Shown: positions 10,247 to 19,643, numbered from the stretch's first letter. The stretch: 64,000 nt of DNA from an uncultured Oscillibacter sp. (GCA_902490355.1 CABUDN010000001.1:6375-70374); one strand, 5' to 3'. Program-made: numbers and translations. The notes: generated by a model from the sequence alone, not told the origin.

Positions 10247-10275
10247 ATCATAGGGCCGCCGCCCCGAAAAGTCAA
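10247..10275 (-). promoter_or_regulatory. Sigma70/SigA promoter of the peptide operon
   Basis: Minus strand TTGACT-17 nt-TATGAT, about 55 nt upstream of the first ATG. Confidence 0.75.
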
Positions 10276-10325
10276 AACGTTAAAACCGATTGGCACAATC
10301 GCAAAAATTAATGCACCAAAAAGTA

Positions 10326-10378
10326 CAGAAAAGCGCGGGGAAAGCCAAGCTTTCAGCCCGTTTTCCCCGCGTTTTCTC
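10326..10378. terminator. Probable terminator after the holin-like gene
   Basis: GAAAAGCGCGGGGAAAG...TTTTCCCCGCGTTTTCT imperfect inverted repeat. Confidence 0.65.
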
Positions 10379-10389
10379 ACAATGTTCGG

Positions 10390-10593
10390 TTATGTTTCGT
10401 CGTCAGCGCGCACACTTCTGCGCTGGGTCTGCGTGCCAAAATAGAAGGAGATGACCACCGTGAATACCGTGAGAAACTGCTCACTGCTGACGCTCCCCCG
10501 AACCGACAGCCCGGCAAAAATCACGGTCAAAATCACGGTCACCAGACTTTTGACACTCAGAAGGTTGGCCAACCGTTCCTGCATGCGTTCCAC
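10390..10593 (-). CDS. Phage holin-like small membrane protein
   Basis: Two hydrophobic segments; LLSVKSLVT...VISFYFGTQ resembles Firmicute phage holins; GGAGG before GTG. Confidence 0.65.
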   Translation of the reverse strand: MERMQERLANLLSVKSLVTVILTVIFAGLSVRGSVSSEQFLTVFTVVISFYFGTQTQRRSVRADDET

Positions 10594-10597
10594 GAAC

Positions 10598-10957
10598 TTA
10601 CGCCTCCACCAGCACATCGCCCCGGACCGCATACCGCTTTCCGCCAATCAGCACATATGCCAGCATATTCACCGTTCCATCCGGCTGCACCTGATTGACG
10701 GCATGCTCCAAACGGCCCTGGTGCACGCGCACCTTTTCCATAGAGCCGGTACCGGTATCCAGCAGTCCGTATCCTTCCGCCTGCTCCGGAGTATCTCCCA
10801 CACGGGTAGCCTGCTGTTCCGCCTCCGTAATCTCGTTGCGTCCGGGCTGCAGCCGCAGGGAAGCCCCCAGCTTTTTCAGCTCCTGATTGGCCTGCCGGGC
10901 ATCCAGCTTGCCAGCCGTGTAATCCCGCAGGATTTCCTCCATTCCGGATTGCTTCAT
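10598..10957 (-). CDS. Hypothetical protein, probably phage-derived
   Basis: 119-aa ORF with AAGGAG RBS, between two lysis-module-like genes. Confidence 0.6.
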   Translation of the reverse strand: MKQSGMEEILRDYTAGKLDARQANQELKKLGASLRLQPGRNEITEAEQQATRVGDTPEQAEGYGLLDTGTGSMEKVRVHQGRLEHAVNQVQPDGTVNMLAYVLIGGKRYAVRGDVLVEA

Positions 10958-11008
10958 TGCCTCATGCTCCTTTCTGAATCTGCGGTCATCCGAGCGGCAG
11001 GCAGGAAC

Positions 11009-11320
11009 TCAAATCTTACTGAAATTGTGGGCAGCCTCATCCCGGACAAAGTCGATATACGCCTCCCGGGCGCCGGCAGCCGCCTCCATGGCTTCCTCCA
11101 CGTCCCCATTGGTATGCATCCCCGCCAGCTTCTTGGCCGTGATCAGGGACAGGGAACAATTTGCATACATCAGTTCCATGGCCAGACGGCTCTCCTTTTC
11201 CCGGCGCTGTGCCCGGCTCTCCGCACGCTTGACGCTGTTGCGGGAGCGCCGTTCCGCCAGTGCCGCCAACACGGTGGACGCCCCCGCCACCAGGGCGCAC
11301 ACAACCTCCGTATTCACCAT
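11009..11320 (-). CDS. Phage-type membrane-anchored coiled-coil protein (lysis-module-like)
   Basis: N-terminal hydrophobic helix, charged coil, TNGDVEEA segment; GGAGG before ATG 11320. Confidence 0.6.
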   Translation of the reverse strand: MVNTEVVCALVAGASTVLAALAERRSRNSVKRAESRAQRREKESRLAMELMYANCSLSLITAKKLAGMHTNGDVEEAMEAAAGAREAYIDFVRDEAAHNFSKI

Positions 11321-11607
11321 TCCACCTCCCCGGCCCTGTTTTGCTGACCCTTGGCCGGCGTGTACGATTTGCTTTGCTCCATGCCTCGCTCCTTTTCCGC
11401 TTTGGGAGCGCCGCAGTGCGCTCCCTATATATCCCGCGGCACTGCAGACTTTGTGCACGTCCCCGGGCAATTTGCGCCGCATTTTTTATTTTTTTCCATA
11501 CTCCCCCATTTTGGCCTTGACTTTTCCCGCCAGGGGCGCATAGTGAAGAGGAGGCCGCCTGCGGCGGCCAATCGGGGCGGCAGATCTGCCGCAGGAGGGA
11601 ACGGAAC

Positions 11608-12954
11608 ATGCCTGTGATCGAGCAGTCCAAAACCATGACGCAGGGCACAATTTGGAAAACCATCACCTGCTTTGCATTGCCGATTTTTTTGGGGAATCTC
11701 TTCCAGCAGCTGTACAACACGGTGGACTCCCTGATCGTGGGCAACTTTTTGGGCAGCAATGCCCTGGCGGCGGTCAGCTCCTCGGGCAGTCTGATCTTCC
11801 TCTTCATCGGCTTTCTCAGCGGTTTGGCCGTGGGCGCCGGAGTCGTCATCGCCAAGTTTTTCGGCGCCCGGGATACGGCAAACATGTCTCTGGCCATTCA
11901 CACCACCGTGGCGGTGGGCCTTGCGGCCAGTGTGCTGATGACCGCAGTGGGCGTCGTGTTCTCCCCCCACATCCTGGTCTGGATGGACACCCCGCCGGAA
12001 GTGATGGCGGACTCCGTGACCTATCTGCGGATTTACTTTGCCGGGTCTGCCGGTGCCGTCATGTATAACATCCTGGTGGGCATCCTGCAGGCCGTGGGGG
12101 ACAGCCGGCATCCCCTCTACTATCTTATGGCCTCCTCCGCGGTCAACCTGGTGCTGGACCTGCTGTTCATCGGCGTATTGCATACCGGAGTGGGCGGCGC
12201 CGCCGTGGCCACCATTCTCTCCCAGTTTGTCAGCGCCGGGCTGTGCCTGCTCCAGCTGACCTGCACACGCCAGAGCTGGCGGATTCAGCTGCGCCGCATT
12301 CGCTTTTACCGCCCGGTGCTGGGGCAGATCCTGCGGTTCGGCCTCCCTGCGGGTCTGCAAAACTCCATCATTTCCTTTGCCAACGTCGTGGTACAGTCCA
12401 ATATCAATGCCTTTGGAGAAATGGCCATGGCCGGCTGCGGCGCCTATTCCAAAATTGAGGGCTTCGGCTTTCTGCCCATCACCAGCTTCGCCATGGCGCT
12501 GACCACCTTTGTGGGGCAAAACCTGGGTGCCGGAGAATATGAGCGTGTCAAAAAGGGCGCCCGCTTCGGCGTATTGTCCGCAGTCGTGCTGGCCGAACTG
12601 ATCGGCGCCGTGGTCTTTCTCTTCGCGCCGGCGCTGATTGCCGCCTTCGACTCCACACCGGAGGTCGTCCGCTTTGGTGTGGAAAAATCCCGCACCGCCG
12701 GTCTGTTCTTCTTCTTGCTGGCCTATTCCCACTCTATGGCCGCCATTTTGCGCGGCGCCGGCAAAGCGGTCATTCCCATGGTGGTCATGCTGGTATTCTG
12801 GTGCATCGTGCGGGTCACGTTTCTCACCATTTCCGTCCCCCTCACCCAGAGTATCCAGATGGTGTACTGGGTCTATCCTCTGACCTGGCTGCTCAGCTCC
12901 GTCACCTTCTTCCTTTACAGCCGAAAAGCCGACTGGCTGCACAGCCTGGAGTAA
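11608..12954 (+). CDS. MATE family efflux transporter
   Basis: GNLFQQLYNTVDSLIVG, AVGDS..PL, FVGQNLGAG; about 12 TM segments. Confidence 0.95.
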   Translation: MPVIEQSKTMTQGTIWKTITCFALPIFLGNLFQQLYNTVDSLIVGNFLGSNALAAVSSSGSLIFLFIGFLSGLAVGAGVVIAKFFGARDTANMSLAIHTTVAVGLAASVLMTAVGVVFSPHILVWMDTPPEVMADSVTYLRIYFAGSAGAVMYNILVGILQAVGDSRHPLYYLMASSAVNLVLDLLFIGVLHTGVGGAAVATILSQFVSAGLCLLQLTCTRQSWRIQLRRIRFYRPVLGQILRFGLPAGLQNSIISFANVVVQSNINAFGEMAMAGCGAYSKIEGFGFLPITSFAMALTTFVGQNLGAGEYERVKKGARFGVLSAVVLAELIGAVVFLFAPALIAAFDSTPEVVRFGVEKSRTAGLFFFLLAYSHSMAAILRGAGKAVIPMVVMLVFWCIVRVTFLTISVPLTQSIQMVYWVYPLTWLLSSVTFFLYSRKADWLHSLE

Positions 12955-12967
12955 ATTCTCCCAAACC

Positions 12968-13022
12968 TAAAAAAGCCGCCGGGCGGGACCAAATCGGTCC
13001 TGCCCGGCGGCTCTTTGCTTTT
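12968..13022. terminator. Bidirectional terminator between MATE and galM
   Basis: AAAAAGCCGCCGGGCGGGACC...GGTCCTGCCCGGCGGCTCTTT. Confidence 0.85.
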
Positions 13023-13030
13023 GAATTAAA

Positions 13031-14053
13031 TCAGCACAGTCCGAAGGAGAATACCGTTTCGCTGTGCATGGACTCTCCCGCCCGCAGAATCGGAGAGGGG
13101 AATCCGTAACGGTGAATGCCATTGGGGAACAGCTGTGTCTCCAGGCAAACCGCATCCCGGGGGCCCATGGTGGTGCCCTGCTTGCCCGGCCGCTGCGTCA
13201 GTCCATTGGCCGTATAAACCTGCATCCCGGGCTGGTCTGTCTCCACCGTCATCTCAATGCCGCTGCGTCCGCTGCGCAGAACAGCCGCCCGGCGCCCGGA
13301 GAGCACATAGTTGTGGTCATACCCGCCGCCGCAGCGCAGCTGGGCATCGTCCGCGTTGATTTCTGCTCCGATCTGCTTGGGAATCCGGAAATCAAAGGGA
13401 GTCTCCTCCACCTCCAGCAGCCGCCCTGTGGGCAGGCATCCGGCATCGTTTTCCGTAATGCGGCTGGCAAAAACCTGAAGCTCATGGTCCAGCACGCTGC
13501 CGCCGCCGTCGAGATTGAAGTAGCTGTGGTTGGTGAGGTTCACCAGGGTATCGCCCGCCGCCCGGGCCTCATACTGAATGGAAAGCGCGTTTGCCTCCCG
13601 CAGGGTAAATGTCACCTGCACCCACAGATTCCCGGGATAGCCCTCCTCGCCGTCGGGAGACAGCCGGGAACACACCAGCGCATCTTCCCGAACCTCCACA
13701 TTCCACATCTGCTTATCAAACCCCTTGATGCCGCCGTGGAGATGGTTTTCCCCATCGTTTTTGGCCAGGGGATACCGCTTTCCATTCAAGGAAAATTCCG
13801 CTCCGCCGATGCGGTTTCCCACCCGGCCGATGGTGGCGCCCAGATACCCGCCGTTTTCCTCATACTCCGCCACCGTATCATAGCCCAGGACAACATCCGT
13901 AAGCTCTCCTTGGCGGTCCGGAACCCGGAGGGATTGAATCGTGGCGCCATAGTCCAGCACGGTCACCTGCATGCCGGCCCGGTTTTCCAGCCGGTAAGCG
14001 GTAACAGTCTGGCCCTGTTTTGTATGTCCGAAAATGGATGTGGTAACGGTCAT
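13031..14053 (-). CDS. galM: Aldose 1-epimerase (mutarotase)
   Basis: GRVGNRI, NHLHGG, TNHSYFNL, GYDHNY, CLETQ motifs. Confidence 0.95.
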   Translation of the reverse strand: MTVTTSIFGHTKQGQTVTAYRLENRAGMQVTVLDYGATIQSLRVPDRQGELTDVVLGYDTVAEYEENGGYLGATIGRVGNRIGGAEFSLNGKRYPLAKNDGENHLHGGIKGFDKQMWNVEVREDALVCSRLSPDGEEGYPGNLWVQVTFTLREANALSIQYEARAAGDTLVNLTNHSYFNLDGGGSVLDHELQVFASRITENDAGCLPTGRLLEVEETPFDFRIPKQIGAEINADDAQLRCGGGYDHNYVLSGRRAAVLRSGRSGIEMTVETDQPGMQVYTANGLTQRPGKQGTTMGPRDAVCLETQLFPNGIHRYGFPSPILRAGESMHSETVFSFGLC

Positions 14054-14071
14054 GGGAACATACCTCCTCAA

Positions 14072-15205
14072 TCAGATTGTCTCCAGGAATTCTTTAATAA
14101 AGTGCAGCGCCACGCCCAGCGGGACGGTATGCCGCCGCAGATTGCTCAGATGCAGGTAGTCGGCACTGGGCTCGAAGGTATTGCCCGCGGCAACATACTC
14201 CTTAAGCAGAGGCATGTAGGGCGGCAGAAACTCCGTCAAAAAGCCGCCCAGCACCACGTCACAGTCCAGGGCCATGCGAATGTTGTTGACTCCGATGGCC
14301 AGATGGCGCAGCAAATCATACCAGAGGGTCTCATACTCCGGAACATGCCGCTCCAGGCCGTCAAAAAATTCCTTGAGCGAGATCCCCAGATCATCACTGA
14401 CCCGGGAAGGCGAACAATACGCCTCCAGGCACCCGCGCTTGCCGCACTTGCAGGGCAATCCGCCGGGTTCTACGCACATGTGCCCGAACTCACCGCTGCG
14501 GTGATTGACGCCCTGATACTGTCCGCCGTTGACCAAAATCGCGCCGCCCACGCCGGTCTCCAGCAGCAAATAGGCAATGTCGCGTCCCTGCCAGTGGGTA
14601 AACCACTCCGCATAGCCGCCGCTGGTGGCGTCGTTTTCAATATACACCGGATAGGGAATGGTTCCCATCAGCCGCTGCAGCTCCACATCCCGCAGGTGCA
14701 GCGTGGGCGCCAGAGTAATCCGGCGGCTCTCATCCGGCGCAATCACCGCCGGCAGGGCAATCCCCACGCCCAAAAGCCGGTCCCGGTCCAGGGCGTTGTC
14801 ATCAATAAACCGCTCCAGCTCCCCTGTGAGGAAATCTCCGAAATTCTCCATCTCCGCCACAGACGGATGGTGGACCTTCCGGTAAGCCATTTCCCCCAAC
14901 CGCAGATCCGCCGCCACAAAGCGCAGCCGGGTCTCCGTGACGGAAACCCCAATGGCATACCGCGCGTCGGCCACAATCTCCAATCCCATGGCTTTGCGCC
15001 CGCCCGTGGACTGCTGCTCTCCGGAATAATGCACCAGTCCCTCTTCCATCAGCTCCGTCAGGTGCTGATAGACAGTAGGCAAACTCAGCCGCAGGTCCCT
15101 GGCCAACGACTGTTTGGAACAAAACTCCCGCGTTTCATATAGATAATGGTAAATACTGTTGCGCGTCTGCCGCCGGCGCTGGGTCATGTTGGCTTCCTTT
15201 TCCAT
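14072..15205 (-). CDS. ROK family transcriptional repressor (XylR-like)
   Basis: N-terminal HTH; IENDA, GVGGAI, GEFGHM, CKCGKRGCLEAY. Confidence 0.93.
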   Translation of the reverse strand: MEKEANMTQRRRQTRNSIYHYLYETREFCSKQSLARDLRLSLPTVYQHLTELMEEGLVHYSGEQQSTGGRKAMGLEIVADARYAIGVSVTETRLRFVAADLRLGEMAYRKVHHPSVAEMENFGDFLTGELERFIDDNALDRDRLLGVGIALPAVIAPDESRRITLAPTLHLRDVELQRLMGTIPYPVYIENDATSGGYAEWFTHWQGRDIAYLLLETGVGGAILVNGGQYQGVNHRSGEFGHMCVEPGGLPCKCGKRGCLEAYCSPSRVSDDLGISLKEFFDGLERHVPEYETLWYDLLRHLAIGVNNIRMALDCDVVLGGFLTEFLPPYMPLLKEYVAAGNTFEPSADYLHLSNLRRHTVPLGVALHFIKEFLETI

Positions 15206-15219
15206 TTTTAGGCACCCGC

Positions 15220-15243
15220 ACTTTTACAAAAGTATTTTATATA
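15220..15243. promoter_or_regulatory. Putative ROK/XylR operator 1
   Basis: ACTTTTACAAAAGTATTTTATATA; AAA-N5-TTT core; similar to the site at 15435. Confidence 0.5.
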
Positions 15244-15431
15244 TGCACATCTTATTACACCGCTTTCCGCCCCGTCAACCGTTTTTTTCATTTTAGGTCA
15301 AAATTCCAGTTTTTTCGCTATTAAATAAAGCAGTTTTACTAAGCATTTTGAATTCACAATAAAGTTGCACAATATTAAATCGATTAAACATGTTGTAATT
15401 AACAAAATCACGAATATGACGAATCTTTGCA

Positions 15432-15460
15432 TTGACTTTTGTAAAGTCATTTTATAGAAT
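15432..15460 (+). promoter_or_regulatory. Sigma70 promoter of the sugar ABC operon, overlapped by putative operator 2
   Basis: TTGACT-17 nt-TAGAAT; contains ACTTTTGTAAAGTCATTTTATAGA. Confidence 0.7.
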
Positions 15461-15533
15461 CAAATTACAGAAGCGACCCGCTTCACGAATTTTGTCCCAT
15501 TCTGCTGGGATGGGACCAAGGAGAAGAATGCGT

Positions 15534-16706
15534 ATGAAAAAGTTTCTTGCACTGGCACTGTCTCTGGTAATGGCCCTGTCTTTGGTGGCCTGCGGCGGAA
15601 GCACCACCGAGGAACCCGCAGACGAGGGCGAAACCGCGGAATCCGGTGACACCGGCGAGACCGGCGGCAGCGGAAAGATCGGCATTGCAATGCCCACCAA
15701 GTCCCTGGAGCGTTGGAACCGCGACGGTTCCTACCTGCAGGAGCAGTTTGAGTCCGCCGGCTACGAGGTGGAACTCACCTATTCCGACAACGACGTCACG
15801 CAGCAGGTCAACGACATTGAGAACCTGATCTCCGACGGCGTCGACCTCCTGATCGTAGCTGCCATCGACGGCGAGTCCCTGACCACGGTCCTGGATTCTG
15901 CGGACGAGGCCGGCATCCCCGTGATCTCCTATGACCGTCTGATCATGAACACCAAGGCCATCGATTACTACGTCTCCTTCGACAACTACACCGTCGGTGT
16001 GCTGCAGGGCCAGTACGTGATCGACACCCTGGGTCTGGACCTGAACGACACCTCCACTACTTACAACATTGAGTTCACCGCCGGCGACCCCGCCGACAAC
16101 AACGCCCCCTTCTTCTTCAACGGTGCGTTTGACACCCTGAAGCCCTACATCGACGCCGGCATCCTGAACATCGTCTCCGGCCAGACCGCTTTCGAGGAAG
16201 TGGCCACCGCCACCTGGGATACTGCTACCGCTATGAACCGTATGCAGAACATCCTGGCCTCCTATTATTCTGACGGCACGCAGCTGGATGTGGCCCTGTG
16301 CTCCAACGACTCCACCGCTCTGGGCGTGACCCAGGCCATCGAGTCCGACTATGCCGGCTCCAACCAGCCCATCATCACCGGCCAGGACGGCGACGAGGCC
16401 AACCTGAAGAACATTGTGGACGGCAAGCAGTCCATGACCGTGTACAAGGCCGTGGCCAACGAGGCCGTCGTGACCCTGGCTCTGGCCCAGGCCATCCTCA
16501 ACGGCGAGGAGCCCGGCGAGGAGCTGACCAGCCAGTTCGACTGCGAGTGCGCTTATGATACCAGCTCCTATGACAACAACACTGGCATCATTCCCTCCTA
16601 CCTGCTGACGCCTACCGTGGTGACCGCCGACAACATCCAGGAAGAGCTGGTGGACACTGGCTACTACACCATGGGCAGCGACGGTTATCCTGTGGCTGTG
16701 GGCTGA
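15534..16706 (+). CDS. chvE: Multiple-monosaccharide ABC transporter substrate-binding lipoprotein (ChvE/XylF-like)
   Basis: Lipobox LVAC; IAMPTKSLERWNRDG, VISYDRLI, KQSMTVYK. Confidence 0.88.
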   Translation: MKKFLALALSLVMALSLVACGGSTTEEPADEGETAESGDTGETGGSGKIGIAMPTKSLERWNRDGSYLQEQFESAGYEVELTYSDNDVTQQVNDIENLISDGVDLLIVAAIDGESLTTVLDSADEAGIPVISYDRLIMNTKAIDYYVSFDNYTVGVLQGQYVIDTLGLDLNDTSTTYNIEFTAGDPADNNAPFFFNGAFDTLKPYIDAGILNIVSGQTAFEEVATATWDTATAMNRMQNILASYYSDGTQLDVALCSNDSTALGVTQAIESDYAGSNQPIITGQDGDEANLKNIVDGKQSMTVYKAVANEAVVTLALAQAILNGEEPGEELTSQFDCECAYDTSSYDNNTGIIPSYLLTPTVVTADNIQEELVDTGYYTMGSDGYPVAVG

Positions 16707-16748
16707 TCTGACACCGCACCAGTTTCTAATCAAGGAAATTCTGAGAGA

Positions 16749-16790
16749 AGAGCGGGCGGGGCAACTTGCCCTACCCGCTCTTTTTTCTTG
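16749..16790 (+). terminator. Intercistronic hairpin/terminator after the binding-protein gene
   Basis: AGAGCGGGCGGGGCAACTTGCCCTACCCGCTCTTTTTT. Confidence 0.7.
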
Positions 16791-16859
16791 AGTTTGCAGA
16801 TTGCGCCTCACGAGGCGGCTTTCCATTCCATATTCCAATTAAGAAAGGAGGACATCAGT

Positions 16860-18422
16860 TTGGCTGACAATATCCTGGTGATGAAAGACATCACAAAGGA
16901 ATTTCCGGGCGTCAAAGCCCTGAACCACGTCAATCTGGAAGTTGCACGGGGAGAGATCCACGCACTGGTTGGCGAAAACGGCGCCGGTAAGTCCACGCTG
17001 ATGAACGTACTCAGCGGTACATATCCCTATGGCTCCTACACGGGGCAAATCATATATGACGGTCAGGAGTGCCACTTCAAGACCGTCCGGGACAGTGAGA
17101 AGATCGGCATTGTCATTATCCATCAGGAGCTGGCACTGATTCCGGAACTGTCCATCGGCGAGAACATGTTCCTGGGCAACGAGCGCAAGGGCAAGTTCGG
17201 CCTGGACTGGGACGAGACCTTCGCCCAGGCGGAAAAGCACATGAAACAGGTGGGGCTGAAAGAGCGTGCCACCACCCTCATCAAGGACATCGGCACCGGC
17301 AAGCAGCAGCTGGTGGAAATCGCCAAGGCCCTATCCAAAAACGTCAAGCTGCTGATTTTGGATGAACCCACTTCCTCTTTGAACGAAGAGGATTCCAAGA
17401 TGCTGCTGGATCTGCTGCTGCAGTTCAAGAAGGAGGGCATGACCTCCATCATCATCTCCCACAAGCTCTCCGAGATCGCCTATGTGGCAGACAAGATCAC
17501 GGTGGTTCGGGATGGTTCCACCATCGAAACCATCGATAACTCCGCCCGCGATATCGATGAAGACCGCATCATCCGGGGCATGGTGGGCCGGGAGCTGACC
17601 GACCGCTTCCCCAAGCGTCCGCGCTGTACCTCCACCGAACCCATTCTGGAGGTAAACGACTGGTGCGTCCACCATCCCATCTACACGGAAAAGCAGGTGG
17701 TCAGCCACGTCTCGTTCCATGTCAACCGGGGCGAGATCATCGGTTTCTCCGGACTCCAGGGCGCCGGCCGCACCGAGCTGGCCCGGTCCCTCTTCGGCCA
17801 CAGCTACGGCACCGGCATCACCGGCCAGCTCAAAATCAACGGCCGGGAAGTTCACCTGAAAAACGAGCGCAGCGCCATTGAGGCAGGTCTGGCTTACGTC
17901 ACCGAGGACCGCAAGGACAACGGCCTGGTCCTCATCGACACCATTGCCGTCAACAATACCATGGCCCGACTGGAAAAAGTCTGCAACCGCGGCATTATTG
18001 ATATCGACCAGGAAAATCAGGTGGCTGAGGATTACCGGCGCAAGCTTGCCACCAAGACGCCTTCCGTTCAGCAGGCAGTCGGCAACCTCTCCGGCGGCAA
18101 CCAGCAAAAGGTGCTGCTGGCCAAGTGGATGTTTGCCGATCCTGATGTGCTGATCGTGGATGAGCCCACCCGCGGCATCGATGTGGGTGCCAAATACGAA
18201 ATCTACTGCATTATGAATGATCTCATTGCCCAGGGAAAATCCATCATCATGATCTCCTCGGAGATGCCGGAGCTGCTGGGCATGTGTGACCGGATCTATG
18301 TCATGAACGAGGGCAGCCTGGTGGGCGAGTTCCCCATCGAGGAAGCCACGCAGGAGAAAATCATGGCAGCCATTCTGCAGTCCGGTAAAAAAGAAGAGAG
18401 CAAGGGAGTGCTGCAAGCATGA
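16860..18422 (+). CDS. gguA: Sugar ABC transporter ATP-binding protein (GguA/MmsA)
   Basis: GENGAGKST, LSGGNQQKV, DEPTRGID; TTG start after AAGGAGG. Confidence 0.9.
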   Translation: MADNILVMKDITKEFPGVKALNHVNLEVARGEIHALVGENGAGKSTLMNVLSGTYPYGSYTGQIIYDGQECHFKTVRDSEKIGIVIIHQELALIPELSIGENMFLGNERKGKFGLDWDETFAQAEKHMKQVGLKERATTLIKDIGTGKQQLVEIAKALSKNVKLLILDEPTSSLNEEDSKMLLDLLLQFKKEGMTSIIISHKLSEIAYVADKITVVRDGSTIETIDNSARDIDEDRIIRGMVGRELTDRFPKRPRCTSTEPILEVNDWCVHHPIYTEKQVVSHVSFHVNRGEIIGFSGLQGAGRTELARSLFGHSYGTGITGQLKINGREVHLKNERSAIEAGLAYVTEDRKDNGLVLIDTIAVNNTMARLEKVCNRGIIDIDQENQVAEDYRRKLATKTPSVQQAVGNLSGGNQQKVLLAKWMFADPDVLIVDEPTRGIDVGAKYEIYCIMNDLIAQGKSIIMISSEMPELLGMCDRIYVMNEGSLVGEFPIEEATQEKIMAAILQSGKKEESKGVLQA

Positions 18423-19633
18423 AAGGAACGATCAATCAAGATGCCAAAACGCTGGAATCCCGTGCAAACAGCATCCGGGTCAGCGCGATTTTGAAAAAAT
18501 ACACCATGGTCATCGCCCTGGTGGTGGTCTTTATTTTCTTCACTGCCCTGACCGGCGGTAAGATGCTCTACGCGCAAAACATCTCCAACCTGCTGCTGCA
18601 AAACGCCTATGTTCTGGTCATGGGCTGCGGCATGCTGCTGTGCATCCTCACCGGCGGCAACGTGGACCTGAGCGTGGGCGCCACGCTGTGCCTGGTGGGT
18701 GCCATCGCCGCGCAGCTGATGTCCAACACCTCCCTCAACGCCGTGCTGGTCATCCTCATCTGCCTGGCCATCTCCGCCGTCATCGGCACCTGGCAGGGCT
18801 TCTGGATCGGCTACATGCACATCCCGCCCTTCATCTGCACCCTGGCCGGCATGTTCCTCTTCCGCGGCCTGGGCCGTGTGGTGCTGGAGTCCAAGACGGT
18901 CAGCATCTCCAACAAGCTGTTTTTGAACATCTTCAGCTCCTACATCACCGTCCCCGGTGTGGACGCCGGTGAGATTCACTGGTCCGCCATGATCGTGGGC
19001 GTAGTGGTCGCCGCCGTGCTGCTGGTGCGCACCATCACCGGCCGTGCCAAGAAGGCGCGCAAGGGCTACGCCATGGATTCTGCCGTCAGCGCCTTCTCCA
19101 AAGTGATCCTCATCGATCTGCTGATCCTCTTCTACTGCTGGAAGCTGGCCAACTACAAGGGCATTCCCGTCATGCTGGTGTGGGTGCTGGGCATTTTGCT
19201 GCTCTACGCCTTCATCACCTCCAAGACCGCATTTGGCCGTTACTTCTACGCTGTGGGCGGCAACGAGAAGGCCACCAAACTCTCCGGTATCGATACCCGG
19301 AAGGTCTACTTCGCCGCTTACTGCTCCATGTCCATACTGGCAGGCCTGTCCGGTCTGCTGGTCGCCGCCCGGATTGGTTCCGTCAACGGCGATACCGGTA
19401 TGTCCTATGAGATGGACGCCATCGGCTCCTGCTTCATCGGCGGCGCCTCCGCCTACGGCGGATCCGGTACGGTTCCCGGCATCGTGGTCGGCGCCATTTT
19501 GCTGGGCGTCATCAACCAGGGCATGTCCATCTACGGCCTGGACAACAACTGGCAGTATGTGGTCAAGGGCGCTGTGCTGCTGATCGCCGTCATCTTCGAC
19601 GTGGTGTCCAACCACAAGACCGGCAAGGCCTAA
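18419..19633 (+). CDS. gguB: Sugar ABC transporter permease (GguB/MmsB)
   Basis: DLSVG, FGRYFYAVGGNEKATKLSGI, YEMDAI; hydrophobic. Confidence 0.9.
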   Translation: MKGTINQDAKTLESRANSIRVSAILKKYTMVIALVVVFIFFTALTGGKMLYAQNISNLLLQNAYVLVMGCGMLLCILTGGNVDLSVGATLCLVGAIAAQLMSNTSLNAVLVILICLAISAVIGTWQGFWIGYMHIPPFICTLAGMFLFRGLGRVVLESKTVSISNKLFLNIFSSYITVPGVDAGEIHWSAMIVGVVVAAVLLVRTITGRAKKARKGYAMDSAVSAFSKVILIDLLILFYCWKLANYKGIPVMLVWVLGILLLYAFITSKTAFGRYFYAVGGNEKATKLSGIDTRKVYFAAYCSMSILAGLSGLLVAARIGSVNGDTGMSYEMDAIGSCFIGGASAYGGSGTVPGIVVGAILLGVINQGMSIYGLDNNWQYVVKGAVLLIAVIFDVVSNHKTGKA

Positions 19634-19643
19634 GGAGGAAACC

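Noticed and set aside
9334..10444. Plus-strand ORFs 9334-9801 and 9896-10444 from the ORF track
   Set aside because: They are antisense shadows of the peptide array; the promoter, RBSs, synonymous variation and terminator all support the minus strand
4210..11600. Intact prophage or integrative element
   Set aside because: No integrase, replication, packaging or structural genes, and no att repeats were found by eye
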